From assembly GCA_002633005.1 (NCBI GenBank), contig NMRA01000066.1:465306-505028 (forward strand): a stretch of 39,723 nt of DNA. Reading direction: 5' to 3'. Below are positions 11,001 to 20,000 of this stretch, in pieces (the first letter of the stretch is position 1; the number at the start of each line of letters is the position of its first letter). Made by a program: the position numbers and the translations under genes. This DNA is from Phoronis australis. Its lineage: Eukaryota; Animalia; Phoronida. The notes below the pieces were generated by a model. It saw only the letters and a program-made list of their open reading frames with translations. It was not told the DNA's origin and made no database searches.

Positions 11001-14000
11001 TGTGGTCCACTTTGAAGTAGGTCAATAGTTCATTGTTAGACACACCATGCACTGGGAGACTGATATGAAAACCAAGTACAAAATGGATAACAGTAATCGA
11101 GTCGGTGGTCAAAGCACGTCGTGAGCATGAGATCGAAACAGCGAAATGTCCAATTACCTGAATTCAGGAATTTGGGTGAGGATTTATCTCTTTTCACAAC
11201 TTGCCGTAATCATGAACACAAAGTCGCACAAGCATGAGGCCACTCGTAGCATTTGTACTCAACAGTCGTATGCACGCAGACACACAACTCCATCAGGATC
11301 AAAACAATGTTGTGTCTTCCTTTCCCCGTTTTTTAATTTTTTTTCATAGAAAGTATTTTTGTCATTTTCCACGACAAGTGATTCGCCACGTCACACAGTG
11401 TCTCGGAATACTGGGATTACCTGTGCCTGAGCTGAGAAGTGTTCCTCCATAAATATCTAACAGCAGATGGGAGTAGGAGTGGCCGAACACCAGGATGATA
11501 CAGCCAATCAGAGTCACAATCTTTAGTAGAGATTCAAGAACTTGCGTCGCTAGATCAAGAGACTCCTGCAATAGGATGGTAGTAGCGAATAATTTATAAT
11601 AACTCAGTACATTGAGTGTCCACCTCCCGTCTGATTAAAAGACAGATCGGAGGTGTGATTTGCTGCCTCAAAAACTTCATCAAGAATGCTAGCTAGTCAG
11701 ACGTCTGATCTGCTTACTTATCGTCTGCCTCCAAATTAGATGACAGATCTGCCTTCTTATCGTCTGCTTCAAATCAGACGGCAGATCTGCCTTCTTATCT
11801 TGAAAAGGCTACATTCCAATGGTATACGTTAGGCTTTGTTCAGCCATGGTGATCGCACAAAATATTAGCATTTTTCACTTTAACGACACATAAATTACTC
11901 GTAAGATGGCAGATACAATGCTTTTCTGAACGCTCGGCTTAAGCAGCTGTTCAAATCTTCCGATTAAATGTCCTATCCACCATCTCACAACATTCCACAT
12001 CTGAATAAGTAAAAAGACAACAAAATAAAGTTTACCTTATTTGGCAAGTTGGGGTATTTAGCCAAATATCTACAAAACTATAGATTTTAATTAACTCCGT
12101 AAAATTACATAAACTTTTTAACAATCTGTCATTAAATGACTCACGTAACTATGTCTTTCAGAAAAATTAAGGGAGAAAGTTGATACCAAAACAACGGTAT
12201 CATGGCAAGACCAAATTTTGTTTGACAACGAAGTTACAATTTTCTAAGGTGTCATTTCGTTCTCATTTCATCATTTCATACAATTTTTGATATTTTCCTA
12301 TAATTTTTGATAGCTCATCGTACAAAACTGAATCATTTTAAAAACAAATCCTAACAGAGCCTTGAACATAGTATCTGAAAGCTTCATAGGAATCTGATCA
12401 GCCATTTCTAATATATGCTGTTACAAAGTTGGCTAAATTTGTAATTTTTCTCGTGTCTTACATATCCCTTAATTATTAATACGTAATTATTTTTAAATTT
12501 CAGTTGCCATTCATTTGTGCATATTTGTCGTCCCTTCTTCAGTTACACTTAAGTGCAAACTGAGGTACACATCAAGTGAAACATTTGAGTAAGACCAACG
12601 TTTAAGGTGAGCATAGGTTAACAAATCCGTTACGAACGGAATTTAAGAACGAGAAAAGGTCAGAAAAAGCAGTTCATGTTACTTGCACGTACAAAAGGCA
12701 CCCACCCACGCCTATAATGCTAGAAGCACATGTGAAGCACTTGGGCATATTTTTTGAAGACACAAATTAGCCTAAAAATGCGTGTATATGGTACAAGAAC
12801 AATGATCGAAGAACAGTAACGGGCTCTTAGTGCTTTTAGCTCAGGTGTTTGATGCAATGGGCCGAACCATGAGGCCTGTGCGCGTCTGATGCCCGCAAAC
12901 GACATCAGGCCACCTGCTCTGTTTTTTATGAGAATAAACTTATTTGAGAGTATAAATATACTGATAATGAGACAGTGAGTAATGAGAGAAAATACAGACA
13001 TGTTGCCCAGCAAATCATCAATTTTTAAACACAACTAAAGAACATAAATATACATAGATATCAGAATATGCATGCAACTGGTATGCTCTTTTGTACATTA
13101 TTTTGTCCCTAAAATCACACTTTAATTACTGTCAAATGTCTTTCACAGAAAACAGTGTGAGAAAGTACTCCAATAAATTGAAGTATGCTACAAAAATATT
13201 GGACAAATTGAGATTTTGAAGTTGCCAAGCACACATGCCGATGAGTTGGGAACCAAAATTTTAATTTTATCAGCAAATTATAGCACATTTCACTAGCCTC
13301 CAGAGTTTCATAATTTATAAATTAACATACAGAAAGTGTGCTATTAACGAAATTTGAATTCAAACTAAACAATCAAGATCTTTGAACAGCTAAACTGACC
13401 TTCTTTTGCTCAGACACATGGAGTCCTCTAGTGAGTGAATGGGAAAAGAACAAATAACCACTCTCTTCTATTGGAAGGAAGATAAAACGAGCGGCCAGAG
13501 ATCCCAGGTTGTTTATCACATCATATACTCCTGAAAATAGAAATAGCTTTCTCACAAACTCTGAGCTTATTCCTTCGTATTATTGCTATCACGTCACTAA
13601 AAGGGGCGTTTTGATGCTGCCTGTTTAGCAGTCACTGTTGAATTTTTAACCAAAAAGCTTTGGAGTTTAAAAACATTACTAAGCTCTTCTTATATTGAAT
13701 TGTTGCCAAATGAGTCAGCAACTCAAGTCACAGGAAATGAGTAGATGTGCCATTTTTGAATTCGCAATTTTAGGGTTGGCCAACTCCGAAAAGTCTGAAG
13801 TGTTTACTTGTCGAGCCACAAATGATCACCATATTCTTGTTGATAATAGAAACAAAATCTTACCAAAGAAAAGAATATTATGAGACAAAATTTAGGAGAG
13901 TAAAAGGCTCAATGTGGTTTTCATTTTAGCCATCTCAACAGGATGAAGTACAGCTCTGATACAGAGTGTACACTGCACCCATATTGCTCAATGTTTTCTA

Positions 14001-17000
14001 GAGGTTGGAAACAACAGTTGCAATATCAAAATGCAAAAAGTACAATTAAAGGAGCATGCCACCCAAAAAACAACCTAATTTGTATCAATTTAGATCGAGT
14101 AGTTCTACTCCATAACGACACGTACTGTTGCGTTACCAGACACCTGACGGCAGACGGAGGTGTTGAAATTATCGAGTAACGTCATCGGTTTTACATGCTG
14201 TCTGTTCAGCAGTTCACAACACGGGTTACTGGTGTCAGCTAATCGCTTGAAGTCATCGTTTCACACCAATAAATCCTCAAACTTCGATGTAAAATCTTTA
14301 AAAATACACCGAGTTCTTATAAAAACATGTTGTTTTATTTCGCTCTTACGGATATTTATTGGTATTTGGACACACCGTAGCCTACAAAGTTCGGCAGGCC
14401 AATAAGGTCCGTAGCAGGTGTTTGGGATCTGTTCGGAGATAATTTCGAAGTATTTTCCTTGAGATACTGACAGGAGAACCTAGATCTGTGTTGTTTAGAC
14501 TTGCGATATTTTGAGTTCTAAACACAAAGCGCTTGTTAGCTTGGCCAGTGGCTCGGAGCCCGATCATGCCCGTCGCGGCCGGATTGACTCCCGAGTCGTT
14601 ATCCCGGCCAGTGTCTTGGAAACTGATCAGACATCACGAACATAAACCAGCCAAAGTTCAGTGGAAACTAAACTTTCAGCCAAGAAAATACTATACTAGT
14701 GAGCCAAAGTAATGTGCACCTGATTATGTTGGAGAATTAGCCACGAAACTGCAAATCTATTTACTCGTCGGGGGCCGCGAATTCAGTTCCGCAGTTGGCC
14801 ACAGCACTGTCAGGGCAGAAATTGTACATTGACAATCATTATTTGAGTAATGTAAATGTAAGTAAAGATTCCCTTAACACCTGGCTGTGGGTGGAAATCG
14901 AGTTGTTTCACAACAGTTTCTGTCAGCAAACACGAAATTAGCATTCATGAGCTCACACGGCCTAGGTGTCCCGTCAATTAGTTTTATTACACCTAAAGCC
15001 GGGTGATTTATTCATTGTTGGCTTTTCAAATCCTTTGCACTCACGAACACTCCAAAGGCATTACAAACTGCATCTAATGAGACAGACGTTGTTTCAGTTT
15101 TATATAAGTATTGGTTAGGGTGAGAATAATATATTTTGAAACAGAACGCTCAATAATAAACACCAACATGGCAACTCGCAATCCCGACTCAGGACGAGCT
15201 AGAGCTCATCAGTCCCAACTTCGCAGGTGGATCGTTAAGTTTTACAGGCTATCAATTCAAACAGGAATACAGTGATGAAGAAATACTAGAGAGGCGCCGT
15301 GAACAAGCTCAGACAATGGAACATATGGAGTTATTTGGTAAGCCGGCATTCATCAGGCACTGCGACGTCTGCAGGCCACAGACACGGAGATGTTTCATGG
15401 CCTCATACTTGGTATTTACAGCGTACATTTCATTCTTCACTACCATGAGCCACTTCCTAAGCATTTCGGATTCTCGAGGAAGTAAAAAAAAAACAATATA
15501 CCCGCTTTCCTCGCAGCTGCTTAGTTCGGACAAGCGGGAACTTATGCACCGCAACACAGCGGCATTCACTCTGCATATGAACCACTGACGTCGCTAGCGT
15601 CGTTTCTCACCTTCCTCACAGGTTAACGCGACACCTCTTGGCAAGGTAAGATCGACCGTATGCGAGGCGATGTGGATATAGACCAATTAAGACGGCAAAA
15701 AGACTAATTAAATCGGGTGGCATTCTCCTTTAACTGTGTGAATACAATCAACTACAAACAGTTTTAGAGTTTGTAAAATGTCAACTAAAAATGTTTTAAA
15801 AAATCGTAAGCGCGAAAACTGTAGGATTGATCATTAAGCTGCATAGGAATAAGATTCCTTTACACCAGTGGATTTACCTTGATCACCAAAGCTGAGCACA
15901 TCAAAGACAGTCATTACATATCGCTCTCCTAGAAAGCATAAGGTTAAAAATTTCAAATCATTGCCAACCAGCCACACAAAACAAACTCTCTGTTTAGAAC
16001 AGAATATTTATTTGCACATGCTTCAAGCAAAACCTTCCTTTCCCAACACTAAACCAATAATTGAATGACCTGTAGGTGTATTCAAGCCTATACCAGACGT
16101 ATAATTTTTGCTATGTCTTACCTACAATAGAACTTTCACCCTCCAGAAATTGCCCTTATTGATATAATTGCCATTTAAGTGTTCTTAGTTGTTATTGTTA
16201 CTGAACAGTTAAGTACACTACGCAAATTTGAGCTTTGGCTCCACCCAGAATCATAGAGGCAAAGATTTTAACGAATTTAAAATCAATTAGTTTGCTGAAG
16301 GCTTGTACCAAATTTTAGAAATGAACAATTGGCAGTGTCAAAATCAAAAAATGTGATCAAGGGCAAATGATCAACATTGAAGCCACACACTGTGGGATCG
16401 TATGAAAATGTTGCGTAAGCGGTCACCTTCTAAGATTTTATGAACTACCAAGTCTTTTTCAGACTGTGTTGACACGAAATGCAGTGTCTGATATTTGATA
16501 AACACCAAAAGAGCCTTACTTTCAGAATGAAGAAAATTCAATTGCGGCTTGAATTTAGTGTCCTAAATTTTAGAAAGCGTCCCAAACAGGAGATTTTTTT
16601 AATAAAACAGGAGTAATTTTATAACAGATCCTAGAATTTTTAAAAATAATTGCAGGCGGTCTTGTACACATTGTACCAGACGTGCACAGGCCGCACATGT
16701 GGGTCCATTGCACTGATCAAATGGAACCATTTTTGTGCTTTATAAATACATCGCTAAAATCGAGCTGAGGAACTAGAAACCTGACTCAAGGGTCTAGCAG
16801 TGTGGCCCAGTGAGACTCGAACCCACGACCTCGAGTAAAGAAAGAGGACACCTATCACACTAGGCCACACTGCCTACTCTCCTAAAATTTTTCAAAGTAT
16901 TATAACTATTAGCAGTGTCTAGAACAGTTGTATCATCAATGTTATTCACTTTGAGCCACAAGTGATAATACAGACCCTCTGTAAGAATCTGTTTTAGAAA

Positions 17001-20000
17001 TGATTGCTTGAAGAAACTCCATGTCAGTCCCGCAAGAGGCCAGCTTATCCATGACTGGAAAAGGAAATTTAGTTCAAAATATGCAGACCATTCAGAGGTA
17101 ACTAAGCTGCGTTGCTTATTGAAAAATTATGTGTACACTTAAATAAAATAAATTATTTATCATTACTATCAAAAGTGTCAGCAGATTAGATGTCACAAAT
17201 CAGTTGAGCAAATTTATCTTACTTACAAAATTTAAGATGACTGAAAATCTTACTAATTTTAGTTTTTGCACCAATGACTATACAACGAGGAAAGCACATG
17301 TCCAGGATCAGGGCCAGAGCGGTTGTGACAATAGACAGACATGGGAGACACTTCATATTTCCCCATTGCACCAATAAGAACATAAGAACATGACCAAGTG
17401 GGGATCAGAGGCAGCTGCAGTCCCCCCAGGTCAAAATTAATGCTTTTAACAGCAAATTATCACTATTAGTATAAAAGGTACTTTATAGTTCTTGAATCAG
17501 ATACTTGCCTGTCCATCAAGTTTCCTGGGGAAGAAATCTCGTACACTTTTGTACGGAAAATTATCGTCTTTTTTGTGTGAAGAATTCACGTACAAAACGA
17601 AGTAACTGTAGAAACACGCAGACTTGACACAACTGTACAGCAACTGAAACCAACAGTTAGTGTTCATACACTGCCAGCATTTGACTATTTTACGAATAAC
17701 ATGCAATTTCATGAGAAGTCACACACACAAAGGATTGTGAAATACTGGTCATCCAAAGCCGGCCTACTTGACACTTACACAATTCATACCCCATAAATCT
17801 ATGCTCAGGAATGCACAGGCATTGATTTGTGCTCTGCATAAACAGGTCAATGGAAAGATGGCAGAGTTTCTACAATCACTAAGGGGCTGTTCACTATTAT
17901 AACATGCCCTCTAGATGAGGCGAATTGTTGATAATTGCTGCTAGCATTATGCGTCTGTAGTTACAAAAATGAGGATATGAAGACAGATTCAAATGGACTT
18001 TATTTGTCGCTTTTTCTGGTAGTAATACAAAATAACCAACAACCATGATTCTTATATGAAAACCAGGTAACAATGGCCTTCATATATGACAATTCTCCAC
18101 TTACTTCCGACACAAATAATTGGCCATAATATTTTTCCATTGTTCAAAGATTGATTACTTTACTGCAAATAATGAAAAATTACCATAAGTTGTTTTATGA
18201 CGTAGAAAATATATCTGAAACTAAATAAGGCGATCCAGATCCTCCCAAGGATACTATTGTTTCGTGAAATGAAGAATATAAATTGGTAAATAAAACAACA
18301 AGAATGGATCAACTGAAATTTGAAATTTTCGGAGGTAACAACTTCCTTTATCTGTTTTTGTTGATAAAGGAAGTTGTTACCTCCGAAAATTTCAAATTTC
18401 AGTTGATCCATTCTTGTTGTTTTATTTACCGATTTATATTTGTTTTATGACATCTACAAAGAAAAACCATGATAGCAATAAACAAAAGATTTTCTTAATC
18501 TTGTGGTCAAATTTGACAAAAAATAGAATTTCACTCGTCACCCATACTATGCGCCAAGTAGAAGAATTCCTGCACATACAGTTTAGTGGGCAATAGTCGG
18601 ATACAAGGAGCCCGTATTTTGAGAACCAGTTTGGAGCCCGTTATTCAATGGAGGAAACCGTTTCTCGAAATGTAGGAATGTTATATCTGACTATTAGCGT
18701 TTAGTGCATAAATTAATCATGTCCAGTAAATATATCAACATCTCGTATTCTTTCCGTGGGCACTCACAACAATGTCAGAAGCTTCGTAAAAGTGCAGAGC
18801 AACAAATTTAGCAATAATTTTTGTTCAAAATGTGTGAGATTTTACCACAATCTGTTTTTGTAAAAACACAACATCGCATTCGAAATGACGTGGCTACGAT
18901 TTTTGCAGATATCACAGGGTGTACGACCTTCGATAAAATGTACCCCCCCCCGTTGAATTACCTGAGCTATGCAGAATATCCACATACCCAGATGTGGCGC
19001 CCATACTAACAAGGCCACTGTCAACACACAACGCGTGGCTATAGCGCAACTTTCCGCAACCACCTGCAAAACATAATACAAGAAATTTGACAGTAGATCA
19101 TCAAGGCTCCTGAAGGCAGTGATATAGGCAGGGGCATTCATAATATGTTCGCAGTGACAATAAACTATTATAAAGTAAAAAAAGTTTGCAATTAACCTAT
19201 GGAGGGACAAGAGCTGTAAAAAGAGGGCAGTTTCAACAAAATTATAGCAGCAATCATGAAAGAAATCTGCAGAAAAAATAACAGTAGGTGTTAACAGGTA
19301 AAGAATGATCAAAAACATTTATTGACTATTCGATGGAAAGATAATAAATGCCTTTTTCAAAAACTACTTAGCGCGATTAATTGGATTAAATTAAAAAGTC
19401 AAAATTGGAAACAAGGGTTAAAAAGTCTGTTTTGACATGTGGGCATGCAAAAAAATTGCACTTATCCAACCACTGCCTTATTTCCTAACTACATATGAAA
19501 CTTTCAAGAAATTTTACCAAACTATGGTTTGTATTGCATGATACATCAGTAAGCCGGCGCAAACTTCGATATTTATAGCGTAAAATAAAGGTAACAAAAT
19601 TTCATACACCTGTTCGAACTGGAAAATTCAAAACAAAATGTAAACACTTCTGGTGCTTGTAAGCAATATTGTGAAGGGAATTATTTCTCATGCAAAATTG
19701 AGGAATTTTAGCAGCTTTTAATGAGACTAGTTAATAAATGTAAACGTTTTGTGCAGTTCATAAGCTGTACTTGGGTAGCATGTTTTCCGTTATGCAAAAC
19801 TTGTTAAAGACACAAAATTTGCCGTTGTCGACTTTCTTTACTCCATTCCGTTTGTATCCTCAAAACTAAGTTCGACATTCAACAGAACACTGATAAAGTA
19901 ACTGACCAAGAGACATGATTAAAAGACACACTGAATGTAAAATCACCCGTCAATAAATTGTGGAAAATATGTTAATTCTACATGTAGCGCACGATTTGAT

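Noticed and set aside
16797-16874. Functional tRNA gene
   Set aside because: A and B boxes are present but there is no proper anticodon arm or cloverleaf; a SINE head fits better.
18160-18411. 83-aa ORF
   Set aside because: By-product of the perfect inverted repeat; no protein similarity recognised.
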